DNA of 64,000 nucleotides from Eledone cirrhosa (Eukaryota), in NCBI GenBank assembly GCA_964016885.1, contig OZ024743.1:330584001-330648000 (forward strand), in the 5' to 3' direction. Made by a program: the position numbers and the translations under genes. Position 1 is the first letter of the stretch; each line of letters opens with the position of its first letter. Shown in pieces: positions 40,321 to 54,798 of this stretch. The notes beneath the pieces are model-generated. The model worked only from the letters and a program-made list of their open reading frames with translations, did not search any database and was not told where the DNA came from.

Positions 40321-43235
40321 CATCAATTTATCTGAGCTAACTGTGGATTCTCATTAAATCTAATATAGTGAAAGTTTCCTCTCCTTAATAAATAAGTATT
40401 TCGCCGATAACCACTATTAAATGAAAGTATTAATTAGGAATCCATTTACATGAGCAATATATGTTACTAACAGCAGGATAAATACTAATCCTAACTAATC
40501 AAAGCAAAAACACATCCTATCACAGTTTGACTAAAAGGTAAAAGCCAGTCATGGAAAATTTTAAACAGTTTTGTATGAAACAGAAATCACCACCTCGAAA
40601 TTAAATCTAGATACCGAAAGCAATCATTATGTCGGTATAATGGAGGGTACGTTTAAACTTCAATATATCAACCATACATCCTACCCTGATCACATATTAA
40701 ATAAAAACGTGACTCAGACATCCAACCGTATTTGGATATTGCCCAAAAAATGCGAGTGCATTGTATAATAAAAGGAGTGTACTTGAAAGAGGCAACCCGT
40801 ACATAACTGGAGCAAAAATCTGAGAATTCTTTAATTCTAAGAAAAAATTCAAACGTATGGGCCTATTCATAACATTATATATTAAATATATGAGATTTTC
40901 AATAATAACAAACACTTTGCAAAATTTATTTCGGGTAGATGAAAATAAGTATACAAGACGGCCTCTATAGAGGTTCTTTATCTTAACAAAGATATTAGCA
41001 AGTCCAAAACTATCCATCACACATTGGTTTGATTTGTATCTCGCTATTCTTACGAGGTAGTATCGAGCACTCACTAATATCATGTTTGGCTTGCAAAAAC
41101 AGTCGCTGTGTAGCACAAAATATATATTTTCATACATGATTTATGTGAGTTCTTTAACTCTGATCTGTATTTATCATGTAGGCTAATGTAATAACTCAAT
41201 CTATCAATTTAATACTAACTATTAATCGAACACTATTATGCTGTAGATTACATCGATCGGAATATGTCTAAATTATATCACTGCCTCTTCGGTAAATATA
41301 CATATATGCACACACACACATATGTGTATATATATGTATGTGTGTGTGTGTGTGCCGTGGTGACCGTGATTGCTTAACATATTACACAACTTTATCTAAA
41401 ATATTATTATAAGCTATTACAGTAACCTCAACTTTATTTCGTACACATTTCTTCTTTTTATTCTTCACCTTTTTCTGTTCTTTTTCTTCTTCTTCTTCTT
41501 CTTCTTCTTCTTCTTCTTCTTCTTCTTCTTCTCAATCTTCTTCTTCATCTTCTTCTACCCCTCCTCCTCCTCCTCCTTCTTCTTCATATGTATTTCTACT
41601 GCACACGGCCACAAGCCTTGTCACTAGTTTGCCCCCGGGCCAGACCAGGCCCATGTTTGATAGATCTAGATATTCTAGAAAACCCGTTGTGGTTTTAGAA
41701 GCAGACTGTTGCACTGTACTACAAATTACGTTTTCTGTTAGAAGAAAAAATAGTACGGCGAGCTGACTCATATTATTTGCTTGGTCTCTCTGTGCTCAGA
41801 GTTCAAATCTCGGGGATGTCGATAGATAAAGTACCATCGCTGTACTGATGTTCATCCTTCCTTTCTTTCTCTCACTCTCTACCTCTTTCTCTTTCTCTCT
41901 CTCTCTCTCTTTCTCTCTCTCCCCTCTCACCCCCTCTCTCTCTCTCTCTCTCTCTCCCCTCTCACCCTCTCTCTCTCTCTCTCTCTCTCTCTCCCCTCTC
42001 ACCCTCTCTCTCACACTCTCTCTCTCTGTTTATCACTCACTCTTTCTCTTACTCTCTTGATTTCATTCTCTATCTTTATCTCTCTTTCTTTTCTTTCTTT
42101 GGAAGAAATTTGCTGCGCTCAGACATGGAGAAGGAAGGTTTTTTTTTTCGTTAGGTTTATATCACTACAACGCTCCCACGACTCTATTAGAAGCTAAATC
42201 TTCTGTCCCATCCCCTCAACACATAATGAATATACAGAAAATACTTAGGGACCATTCTACTGGGAAATGATTTGACACCAATATCTAAAAAAGAATACAC
42301 CATGATTAACGATATGATGAAGTACGTTGTATTAGTTAACACCATCCGTCGTGTCTTTTGGTGAATGTAGATTTTTTATGCATTTTCAGAGAGAAAGAGA
42401 GAGTGAGTTGCGTACTTTTAAACTGCCTTGCTCCCCTGTCTCGCGTCTCGCACAGATATTTAACATTCATCATATGTAGGGCAAAAGAGGTCACTTTCCT
42501 ATTGTAAATCGATAAAGCAAGGGGTGTGTCCTACAATACCTTATTAACATCTGAATTAAACAAAAGAAAAAAAATAACAATGATGATAAAAGCAAAAACA
42601 ACAACAACAATGACGATTATTACTATTGTTATTGTTGTTGTTGTTCTTCTTCTTCATATTATTATTATGTTTCTGTCTTTTTTTTCCCTTCTTTATATAA
42701 ATAATAAAAATCTCTACACACACAAAACCCACATCGTCCTGTGCCGTCTGTAATGTTTTTTCTTGATGTCAGCCCTTGTGGCCAATATATAAATCATTAT
42801 TATTATTATTATTATTATTATCACTAGAAATAATCACCTATCTATAAATTAGACAATGTCGCCAAGTTTTTAATCACAGAAAGCGTCAGTAAACCGTGGG
42901 GCAAATGCCATTTACATTTGATTTATATTTTCTTTTCTGCGGCCATTTTGTCTCGCACATAAATCACATGACTTTATGGGTTTTCTTTCCATCTCTGCCA
43001 AAACGCCATTCCTTCCCTTTTCTCCTTCAATTCTTCACTCCCTATCGTGATTTGATTTCTGTTGTTCGTTTTCTTTCAATTACTAAAAACACTCAAACAT
43101 ACATACACATCCAGAGACACGCGCACACGTACAGACACACACACACACACACACACACACACATTCATTCATTCATAAACACATAGACACATTCAGAAAC
43201 ACATACACACAGAGACATAAACACGCACACACACC

Positions 43236-43270
<35 letters not shown>

Positions 43271-43272
<2 letters not shown>

Positions 43273-43345
43273 AAAAGTATCTTGGTCAGACTATGAACTT
43301 TTCTGCCGACCATCGTATGCATACACACACACACACACACACACG

Positions 43346-43404
<59 letters not shown>

Positions 43405-43451
43405 AAAAGTATCTTGGTCAGACTATGAACTTTTCTGCCGACCATCGTATG

Positions 43452-43491
<40 letters not shown>

Positions 43492-43509
43492 TATATATAT
43501 ATATGTATA

Positions 43510-43561
<52 letters not shown>

Positions 43562-43610
43562 CATACGATGGTCGGCAGAAAAGTTCATAGTCTGACCAAG
43601 ATACTTTTAC
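43271..43610. repeat. About 52-bp unique segment present as two direct copies and one inverted copy, separated by microsatellites
   Basis: GTAAAAGTATCTTGGTCAGACTATGAACTTTTCTGCCGACCATCGTATGCATAC at 43271 and about 43403; reverse complement at about 43557-43610. Confidence 0.92.
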
Positions 43611-43639
43611 ACACACACACACACACAATCGCACACACG

Positions 43640-43694
<55 letters not shown>

Positions 43695-43791
43695 GTGTGT
43701 GTGTGTAAAAGAAAACCAGAAGTAACAACACAATCGGTACAGTATATGGAAGGAATATATTAGGTTAACGCTTGAAATAACAGGAAGAAGG

Positions 43792-43827
43792 TCTTAACGT
43801 TTCGGACGCTAGTCCTTCACCAGAAGA
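43792..43827 (-). ncRNA. Minimal hammerhead ribozyme with one core substitution, in a pLTR-like fragment
   Basis: TCTT-CTGGTGA-A-GGAC(TAGC)GTCC-GAA-ACGT-T-AAGA. Confidence 0.75.
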
Positions 43828-44114
43828 AAGAATGAAAAATTAGAAAGTTTGAAGGGATGAACCGGGCGGAATCAGAAGAAAGAACTCAATATTTTTAATA
43901 GAGTTAATATATCAGTTGAATTTTTTCATCCATTGTCTTACAGGGAAGCGGGTGTTCGTTAAGCTTCTTCGTGGATGTAATCTGAAATTGCTTGACGCAC
44001 ACTTGCTTTGCTGAAACATCGTTGATATGTTGTAAGAAAATAAATCAACACACACACGTAACACACGATCTCTTTCTCTCACTTTCTGTCATATACACAT
44101 AGTACACACACACA

Positions 44115-44161
<47 letters not shown>

Positions 44162-44350
44162 ACTCACACTCACAACACACGCTCTCTGTCACACACACAT
44201 ATAACACGCCCCCTCCCCCCTCTCTCTATCTGATACACCCACACCCACATACATATTTATATACGAAAGCTCAATGAGGAAAATCAACACTGTAGAACGA
44301 CACAGTACAATAATGTATGTTATTTTAACGCTTGATATTGTAGGAAAAGG

Positions 44351-44390
44351 GCCGAAATGTTTCGGACGTTACTCCTTCATCCGAAGACAG
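44351..44390 (-). ncRNA. Degenerate hammerhead-like motif in a related pLTR fragment
   Basis: CGGATGA-A-GGA(GTAACG)TCC-GAAACAT; stem I not intact; downstream TCAAGCGTTAA shared with the 43.8-kb copy. Confidence 0.5.
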
Positions 44391-44443
44391 AATAAGAAAT
44401 GGATTATAGAAAGATAGATGAGAGTAAGGAAGGAACGTGTCTG

Positions 44444-44517
<74 letters not shown>

Positions 44518-44749
44518 GTACACGTACACACACACACACATATATTCAATATATTAATAAATGGAAACTATATTTATAAAACCCTAATTATTTTATTATA
44601 TATATTTCAAGGGCAACCAAGGCAGTCTTGGTGCGCTTTCATCAGATAAAATACAAAATTTGTTTTATAAATAGTGACATAGAAAACAACCTTGACGGTT
44701 GAAAATTCTCTGACTATCCAACAACAACAAGAACAACAACAAGAACGGC

Positions 44750-44781
<32 letters not shown>

Positions 44782-44954
44782 ACCTGAAAGCTGAGAACCA
44801 AACTGTGTCATTAAATAATTATTTGGTGACAGGAAAAAAACTATACAAGGCCGACGACAAAGTGTTATAATGTCAACCAAAATATTTCCTGCTGTCTTTT
44901 TTTTTTCCTTTTTAGTAATTTTTTTCCATTTTGTTTTAGATTACTTATTTATTT

Positions 44955-45284
44955 TTGGCTTTTGCTATTGTTACTAATGTTGTTGTTGTTGCTATTGTTG
45001 CTGTTGTTGTTGTTTTTGTTGTTGTTGTTGCTAATGTTGCTATTGTTGTTGTTGTTGTTGTTGTTGCTATTGTTGCTGCTGCTGCTGCTGTTGTTGTTGC
45101 TATTGTTGTTAATGTTGTTGCTATTGTTGCTGTTGTTGTTGCTATTGTTGCTGTTGCTGTTGCTATTGTTGCTAATGTTGTTGTTGCTATTGTTGCTGTT
45201 GTTGCTGTTGTTGTTGTTGCTATTGCTATTGTTGCTGTTGCTAATGTTGCTAATGTTGTTGTTGCTATTGTTGTTGATGTTGTT

Positions 45285-45317
<33 letters not shown>

Positions 45318-45335
45318 ATTGTTGATAATGCTGCT

Positions 45336-45383
<48 letters not shown>

Positions 45384-45654
45384 ATTGTTGCTAATGTTGC
45401 TGTTGTTGCTGTTGCTATTGCTGTTGCTGTTGTTGTAGTCGTGGTTGCTGTTTTCCTTGTTGTTTTTGTTGTTATCGTAGCTATTGCTGCTGGCATTGTT
45501 GTTATGATGCTGCTGTTGCTTTTGCTTTTGCCATCGTTGTTGTTGTTACTGTTTTATTGTTATTCATGTACCTGTTGATGTTATGTTGTTGTTGATGTTG
45601 TTGTTGTTCTATTGCAGTTGTTGTTATTGTCATCGTTGTTATTATTATTGTTGT

Positions 45655-45690
<36 letters not shown>
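44955..45690. repeat. (GTT/GCT/GAT)n trinucleotide repeat
   Basis: Direct reading. Confidence 0.95.
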
Positions 45691-45691
<1 letters not shown>

Positions 45692-45711
45692 ATTCAAGAA
45701 ATTGTTGACGT

Positions 45712-46385
45712 TGCCAACAATTTCGGGTGGGGTGAAAGTAGATTAAATCGACCCCAGTGCGTTACTGGTACTTTATTTTATCGACCCTGTAAGGATGAAA
45801 AGCAAAGCTAACCTCTGTGGGATTTGAACTCAGCAGTTAAAGGGATGTAACACTATGCCACAAAGCATATTTTCCGACGCTCTACAGATTCTGCTAATCC
45901 ACCACCCTAATAGTAATAGTAATGATTTCTGATTTAGGAACAAGGCCAGCAATTTTGGGTGAGGTGAGAGTCGATTAAATTGACCCCATTGTATTACTGG
46001 TACTTTATTTTATCGACTCCGTAAGCATGTAAGTTAACCTTGGCGGGATTTGAACACAGACCGTAAAGAGCGGTTATGTGATAATAATAATTGTTTCTAC
46101 TTTAAGCACAAGGCCAGCAATTACCCAGTGCATTACTGGTACTTTATTTTATCGACCCCATAAGGATGAAAGGCAAAGTTAACCTCCACGGGATTTGAAC
46201 TCAGACCGTAAAGGGACGTAACTATGCTGCAAAGCATGGCGTCCGACCCTCTACCGATACTTCTACGATAGGCACAAGGTAAGCAATGTTGGATGATGGG
46301 TAAGTCGATTAGATCGCCCCCAGTAACTCTATGCCGCGAATCATGTTGTACGACGCTCTACCGATTCTGCCAATCCACCGCCCTT
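45712..46385 (-). mobile_element. Head-to-tail cluster of about four tRNA-derived SINEs
   Basis: Repeated TACTGGTACTTTATTTTATCGAC..GGATTTGAAC blocks and CAAGG(C/T)(C/A)AGCAAT ends. Confidence 0.85.
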
Positions 46386-46578
46386 GCAGTTTCCAATAAT
46401 TATGAAAGTTCAGGAAATTGGTGAAGAACGATAAAAGTGATGACAGTTAAACTGTCTCTGGTTTTATTTATTGACAGTGTCAACGGTGACCTGGGGACAG
46501 CGTCCGTGTCAATGACTGCTTCACTCTCTCTCTCTCTTTCTCTTTCTTCTCTCTATCTCTCTTTCTATTTCTCTCTCT

Positions 46579-46626
<48 letters not shown>

Positions 46627-46627
46627 G

Positions 46628-46682
<55 letters not shown>

Positions 46683-46731
46683 CTCTCTGCTCTCTTTCCC
46701 ATCTATTTTCTCTTCTGTTTTCTCTCTTATC

Positions 46732-46770
<39 letters not shown>

Positions 46771-47197
46771 CTCTCTCACTCTCTCTCTCTCTCTCTGGTC
46801 TCTTCTCGTTTCTCCTTCTCAAATCCCATTCTTTTCACTCCTTTTTCTCTTTCCCTTCTTTTTTCTCTCTCTTTCTCATCCCCCCCCCCCCACACACTAT
46901 TTGTTCCCTCAATCCACCTGCTTCCATCCCCCATTCTATTCTTCATTCTTATTTCTCTTCCTCACCCCTCATCCTAACGTTATCGTCTTTACCAACTGCA
47001 GAACATACAGAAAGAATTGCTCGAGCGTTGTATAAACTATGTTGCCATATTTACATACTTCTGTTGACGCCACGAGTCGAAATCCTGTCGAGGGCGTGGC
47101 GGTCAACCATCATTCCAGGATCGATATCGACCGCAACATACCTTCCTCAAAACATGTCCGTTACATCAGTGGTAGTCTATTTTAAAGAAGATAAATA

Positions 47198-47600
47198 CGG
47201 GTCCCAAATAATAGGGGATAGAATAAACGGGGGAGTTTGAATAAGCGGAAGGTGAGATGGAATAAGTGAGGGTGGGGCTGGAATAAGTGGTGGTGTTGGA
47301 ATAAGCGGGGATGCGGGGACTGGAAAAACAGTAATTTTTCTAGATCGTCTCCATTGATTTTTAAAAAACCTAGAATTAGTCGTTTAGTTTACATATTGAA
47401 GCCCACAACTCAACCCATTTATTTTATAACGTATGAGATTTCTACTAATGTACTTTTTTGTCATGTATAATGTTTTTTAATGTCTAAAGAAAATTAATTG
47501 TCGCATGAATGCTACCACTTAAAATAAAATTCCGTTGGAGATAGATTAGCAAACCTTGATAACTGGGGATTAGAACGGGGGCGTTGAAAAACATCTGAAA
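47198..47600 (-). mobile_element. MITE family copy (partial)
   Basis: CGGGTCCCAAATAATAGGGG, GGAATAAG subrepeats and AGAATTAGTCGTTTAGTTT match 59414-59982 in reverse. Confidence 0.75.
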
Positions 47601-47604
47601 AAGT

Positions 47605-47975
47605 AATAATTGTTCCTACTTTTGGCACAAAGCCAGCAATCCCCCAGTGTATTACTGGTACTTTATTTTATCGACCCCGTGAAGCTAACTTCACGGGATA
47701 TGAACTCGGAATGTAAAAGGCCATAACTTTATCCTGCAAAGCATGTGGTCCGACACTATACTGATACTTTCAATCTAAAAGTAATACTGAGTTCTAGTAT
47801 AGGCACAATGCCAGTAATTTGGGGGGAGGGGAAAGTCGATTAACTCGACACCAGTGCATTACTGGTACTTTATTTTATCGACCCCGTAAGGATAAAAAGG
47901 AAAGCTAACTTCACCAGGATTTGAACTCAGAACGTAAAAACATGTGGTCCGACGCTGCAGTGATACTTCCAATCC
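47605..47975 (-). mobile_element. Two tandem tRNA-derived SINEs
   Basis: Two GGCACAA..GCCAG..TACTGGTACTTTATTTTATCGACCCCGT..TGAACTC blocks. Confidence 0.85.
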
Positions 47976-48054
47976 AAAAGTAATAACAACACTTCATCAA
48001 CCACCTGACTGTAATGCAATTTCGCACATTAAATTGGTAGAGCATTTGTAATGA

Positions 48055-48460
48055 CATCATCATCACTCGTCGACTACTGTCGAGACGATGGATCTCACTC
48101 TCATGCCCCAGAATGCCCTGTCCCCCATCGCTGCCCCCAGGTCCCGTCTACTGATTCCCGTATCCCTAGAGATAACGTCAGGGAATGACAGCTTCCTACT
48201 CCTAGTCAGGCTGGAGTCAGGGTTCCAGAGCAAGAGAGCGGATATGATTTCATTGCTGGCACGGTGACAGTGGCCAGCAAATTGAGCCCTCCGGGATTTT
48301 AGAAGGGCAGAGGCTCGAGAGAGCTTGCCATAGATTTTAGACAAGGTGGGATGTCGTTTCCAGGATAGGTTTTGCACTCTCATTAAGAGGCGGGTATATG
48401 TGCCATCCAATCTCCTCTCAAGTTGTGATGTTAGTGTCCAAGTTTCGGATCCATAAAGTA
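48055..48460 (-). mobile_element. RTE-clade LINE 3' fragment
   Basis: [55 protein letters not shown]; (GAT)n tail. Confidence 0.9.
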
Positions 48461-48483
48461 ATGTATATACATATATATATATG

Positions 48484-48548
<65 letters not shown>

Positions 48549-48723
48549 CATATATATATATATATATATACATATATATATACATACATACATATATATA
48601 CATATATATATATACATATATATATACATATATATATATATACATATATATATATACATATATATATATACATATATATACATATATATATACATATATA
48701 TATACATATATATATATATATAA

Positions 48724-48767
<44 letters not shown>

Positions 48768-48768
48768 T

Positions 48769-48852
<84 letters not shown>

Positions 48853-48854
<2 letters not shown>

Positions 48855-48990
48855 CTTAAACCAGTATTAAACTAGTCAGACCATAATAACAGAGAACTCG
48901 ATATTTGGGTTAGTAAAGTGTGACTATATTAGAAAGATTTGGGGCCCGACGGCTGAGCTCAGCCGTTATGCCCCAACTCTTTCTAATATA
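48853..48990. mobile_element. Short foldback (48925-48990) with tail, ending in (TA)n
   Basis: TATATTAGAAAGATTTGGGGC..ACGGCTGAGCTCAGCCGT..GCCCCAACTCTTTCTAATATA. Confidence 0.65.
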
Positions 48991-49004
48991 TATCAATATA
49001 TACC

Positions 49005-49069
<65 letters not shown>

Positions 49070-49072
49070 CAC

Positions 49073-49104
<32 letters not shown>

Positions 49105-49206
49105 GTATATATATTAATATATATATATATTTGTGTGTGCGTGAGTGCATGTACACACACATATAAATACACACGCACGCAAACACACAAACACATATAT
49201 ATATAC

Positions 49207-49307
<101 letters not shown>

Positions 49308-51839
49308 CAGGGAGAGAGAGGGGGAGAGAGAGAAAGAGGGGGTAGGGATAGAGAGAAATGGATAGGCAGACTTTATCCACATCTAAATTTCAGCAAGTCG
49401 TCGGAATGTCTTTGATGACTGGTGAATTATGCATAGATGAAAGCTTATAGATTAATGCCTTGTATGTGTAAAGCAGCCAGCAGATAGATGCCTGCATTAA
49501 TTCAACGGAAAATCATTGAGAATTTCCCCTCAATAATCATCTGCTTCAAACAACCATGCATTATTGAGTTCATCGTATACTGAAGTAAAGTCTTCAATCA
49601 TTTCCGGCAGTTTGTTCCTTATAAAATATTTTCAAAGATGTCTTTACTTTTGACTATTCCACATCGAAAAATTGAACATTTGAAAAGAAAATTACATAAA
49701 TTGAAGAGAAGATTTGTAAAAACAAAAGACAAAACATATATAAAAAAGTAATATAAATAGGCAAAACTAGTTTGTTTTAGTGAAACCAAATAAATCTACA
49801 TGGGCGATTTGTTATCTTTGATGAGCAAATCACAATCTAGTATTTCACCAACAAACTGAATTACCAATAAATATGTAAACCTACAATGTATGATGATGTA
49901 AGAGGCCACTAACTCATCAACACTATATTATCGTAACAGTAAATATATCCAGGCCGCTTATGATAATACTAGTGAACGCATTCCAACAATAATGACGGCT
50001 TACAGCTTTGAACATGTTTTAATTTTTGGAGTACAGAATTGCTATGCCAGATATATTAAGATTACCAGATATATAAATAATTGTACCATACAATTATAAG
50101 TTAATGATTCGTATCAGAGAAACTCTATATGGGGTTGCCGAGTTCTTTGATAACATTCCCATGAATTATCACTAATTTTCTGCATATTTCATACAATGTT
50201 CGGTATATATGTTCATTATGTTAGGATAATTAATCAATCCTAATTAAATATAACAGCAGCAAATTGGCAAAGTCATTAGAATTTCGGATAGATTGCTTCG
50301 TAATATTTATTCTGGCACTCTAAGCTCAGAGTTTAAATCATATAGAGGTCAACTATGTCTTTCATTTCTAAGCCAATAAAGAAAGTACCAGTCCAGTATT
50401 AAAGTTGATTCTTCCTCTATATCACGTTCACACTTCCTCTCTTTCGCATTTACTCTGTTGCATTCTCTCTACTCCTTTCTGTCTATCTACCCCTCTCTCA
50501 CTTTCTAGAAGAAGTCGGCTATGTTCAGACCTGGACAGCGATGGACTTTATCTAGTGTAAATGACCAAGACATGCTACCACGGCACCTCTACGACTTAAT
50601 CAGTGTTTATTAGTTCATGGTAATTAAACGTCAGTAAATGGAAGCTGTAGTGAAGGCTGTATTATCCCATTGCCGAGCAGCCGGATTTTCAAACATTTCG
50701 GAGCCACTCAATGGCACTTCAATTTTTCACTCCACTACATAAAAAAAAACTTTGACAGGTTCCTTTTTCCCGAGCAGTCCCTAATATTCAGCCTAGTCAG
50801 TTTCATGAATAATATGTCCTGGTTGTAGTGGAAAGCTGAAAATAGACCAGATCTCGTATAATGTCAGATATAGCACAAAACGTTGTATAACAACCATCGG
50901 TCATTCCACAAGGGACGGCCAGTGCGACCATGAAGGCCAACTGCGAAGTCACCTAGGACAAATACCTCCTAAAAGTGCGTTTCTGAAACTGAATGGATAA
51001 CAGCTTTGTATAATTATATTATAACAATTTATTGCAAACATTTTTGCCTTGTGAGAATATTCAAAGCACTAGAGATGGTTGAATAGTGTTATAATCTATA
51101 TGATTTAGTGTAGGCGGGTGTGGACTGTATAGTGGAAAAGGCAAAGTTAGTAAGATTCTTAATATGATAAGATCAACTAGTGTAGGGAAACTAGGTTCCT
51201 CAGCTTTCCAGACGCTATGCTGAAATTATTTTATTTGGGAGAATGGAGCGGACGTTATAGAGCTAGGTCTATCCCCAGATTCACGCTCTGACCAGGAGTC
51301 TAACTAAAACATGTACTGGTATTTCCACTGATCTGAGTATAACATTGGTATTATCAGAGTTCTTATTACAAATCTAGTCTTACCGTTACAGCTTTGCGGT
51401 ATTCGTTTCGGCTCTCTGATCTGAGTTCAAATCCTTCTCATGTCAACTTTGTCTTTTATCTGTTCAGGTCGATAAAAAAATGTCAGTTTAGTACTGGGGT
51501 CGATTCTTTCTCTATATCTCCTTATCGTTTCCATTCTCTCACACTATTCTTCTCTGGGAGAAATCTCCTATATTCGAACCGGAAGAGAGGAATGGTTCTG
51601 CCATGTTTAAAATATACTCTAGAAACGCCATATGTCCGGCCTTCCATCCATCCAACCAGCCAGCCAGCCAGCCAGCCATACATACATAGTCTTACCGTTA
51701 GTCTGAGTATAACACACACTGGCATTAGGATAACGGTTAATGTTCTTACTAATGGTCTTAACATAACAATTGATCTTATTATAACAACCATTGGTCTTAT
51801 TCCCATCCTCATTTCACCATCGTCTCCACAACAAAAACC

Positions 51840-51840
<1 letters not shown>

Positions 51841-51895
<55 letters not shown>

Positions 51896-52057
51896 GCTAC
51901 TACTACTACTAATACTACTACTGCTACTACTACTACTAATACTACTACTGCTACTACTACTACTACTACTACTAGTAGTACAGTTACAGTTTATGAAATC
52001 AACACCACCACAAACACAACTACAATCACCATCAACTACAACATCATCACCACAAGT

Positions 52058-52088
<31 letters not shown>

Positions 52089-52520
52089 CCACCACTACCA
52101 CCATCACCAACACCGATACCATCACCAACACAACAACAACAACAACAACAACACCATCACCGACACACCACCACCACCATCACCAACACCGACACCACCA
52201 ACAACAACAACAAGAACAACACCACCATCACCGACACCACCACCACCACCATCACCGACACCACCACCACCGACACCATCACCACCACCAACACCAACAC
52301 CGACACCACCAACACCACCACCACCACCACCACCGCCACCACCGACACCATCACCACCATCACCACCACCACCACCACCACCGACACCACCGACACCACC
52401 ACCACCACCAGCACCACCACCACCACCCACACCACCACCACCACCACCGCCACCACCGACACCACCACCACCACCACCACCACCACCACCGACACCACCA
52501 CCAACAACAACAGCAACAAT
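51841..52520. repeat. (TAC)n and (CAC/CAA)n repeats
   Basis: Direct reading. Confidence 0.95.
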
Positions 52521-52989
52521 ACAATTAATATCAATCCCTCAATTAAAGTTAAGCTTCAAACTGTTTGTGAAAGTATCTCAGACATAGTATAGTTCTTTCT
52601 TACTTTCTTTCCTCCTTCTTTTCTTCTTTTTTTTTCTTTCTTTTTCTTTCCTTCTTCCTTTCTCTCTTTTTCTTCTTTCCTTTCTTATTTCTTACTTCTT
52701 TTTGTCTTTTTCTTTCTCTACTTCCTAGATTTACTTCTTTATTTTCTTCTTTCCTTTCTTTCTTTGTTCCTCACTTTCTTCTTTCCTACACTTCTTTTTC
52801 TTTCCTTTCTTTATTCTTTCTTTCTGTCTTTATTCTTCCTTTCTTTATTTTTCTTACTCACTTTCCTTCTTTCCTTCAATATATTCTTCCTTTTAGTCCC
52901 GACCCCCGTTCCTCCTCCCTCCTCTCCCACACTACCCCCTCCTGTCTCTTTCCCTCACAATCACACACACATTTATGGTTTATTCTCTC

Positions 52990-53137
52990 ATACTCTCACA
53001 CACACACACTCGTTCTATATATCCCCCTCTCTCTACCTCACACGCACACACTCGTTCTCTCTCTCTCCCTCCCTCACACACACACACACACTCGTTCTAT
53101 ATATCCCCCTCTCTCTCCCTCACACGCACTCACTCGT

Positions 53138-53183
<46 letters not shown>

Positions 53184-53275
53184 CCTCACACGCACACACA
53201 CACTCGTTCTATATATCCCCCTCTATCTCCCTCACACGCACACACTCGTTCTCTCTCTCGCTCACACACACACAC

Positions 53276-53349
<74 letters not shown>

Positions 53350-53585
53350 ACACACACTCGTTCTATATATCCCTCTCTCTCTCCCTCACACGCACACACT
53401 CGTTCTCTCTCTCTCTCCCTCACACACACACACTCGTTCTCTCTCTCTCTCCCTCACACACACACTCGTTCTCTCTCTCTCTCCCTCACACACACGCGCA
53501 CACTCGTTCTATATATCCCTCTCTCTCTCTCCCTCACACCCACACACTCGTTCTCTCTCTCTCTCTCTCCCTCACACGTACACAC

Positions 53586-53641
<56 letters not shown>

Positions 53642-53754
53642 TGACACTGCCGTATTGTATGCTACATCTCTCTACTTGTTGCCCACCGGCTGTGAAGACA
53701 TCAAGGCACATGACTGAGGTCCGTGCAAGTTGTTTGAGGAGGAAAACACACACA

Positions 53755-53845
<91 letters not shown>

Positions 53846-53999
53846 GCATACACATACACATATGTGTGCGTGTATATTATATACAGATATACAAGCACAC
53901 AAACATATACGCACACACAGACATATATATATATACACACACAGATATATATGTATATATCACACACACATACAGATATATATATGTGTATATATACAC

Positions 54000-54042
<43 letters not shown>

Positions 54043-54245
54043 GACAGATATATATGTATATATATATATATATATATACACACAGATATATATATATATA
54101 TATATATATATCTGTGTGTATATATATATATATATACACACACACAGACAGATATATGTATATATATATACACACAGATATATATATATATATATACACA
54201 CACAGACAGCTATATATGTATATATACACACAGAGATATATACAC
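52990..54245. repeat. Compound (CT)/(CA)/(TA) repeats with recurring CACTCGTTCT
   Basis: Direct reading. Confidence 0.9.
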
Positions 54246-54631
54246 TATACACTCAACAAGGAACTAAATAACCAAACAAACAGAATATAATAACAAGACA
54301 GACTGATTGAGTCGGAATAAAAATATAGAAAAGAATCTACCCAAAAAGTCTAAAACATAAAACATCTGTACGGCTGTAATGTGTAGCAATGGTGTAACTG
54401 TGGCGTCTTTGGAACTGGTTACTTGCTAGGTTGATGTCAAAGAGAGCTGTGTCGTCACAACTATTTCGTCAATTATCGCTCTCTACCCACTCTCTCACCT
54501 TCTATATCTCTAGCTCTATCTCTCTATCTATCTATACTTTTGGCGAAATTCCAAACAAGAAACGAACGAATCAGTTGGCGTCTTTTTGACCACCCATACA
54601 CTTCTTCATGCTATATATACGTGTATATATA

Positions 54632-54738
<107 letters not shown>

Positions 54739-54739
54739 G

Positions 54740-54796
<57 letters not shown>

Positions 54797-54798
<2 letters not shown>

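Noticed and set aside
40697-41137. 146-aa minus-strand ORF
   Set aside because: No recognisable motif; composition fits chance in AT-rich DNA
47063-47107. SECIS reading of the hairpin (TGA..AAA loop)
   Set aside because: The 3' side reads GGTC and lacks the required GA; the 5' base is T rather than a purine
49530-49625. Possible minus-strand terminal exon (NKLPEMIEDFTSVYDELNNAWLFEADDY)
   Set aside because: Short, weak acceptor, no recognised homology and no partner exons
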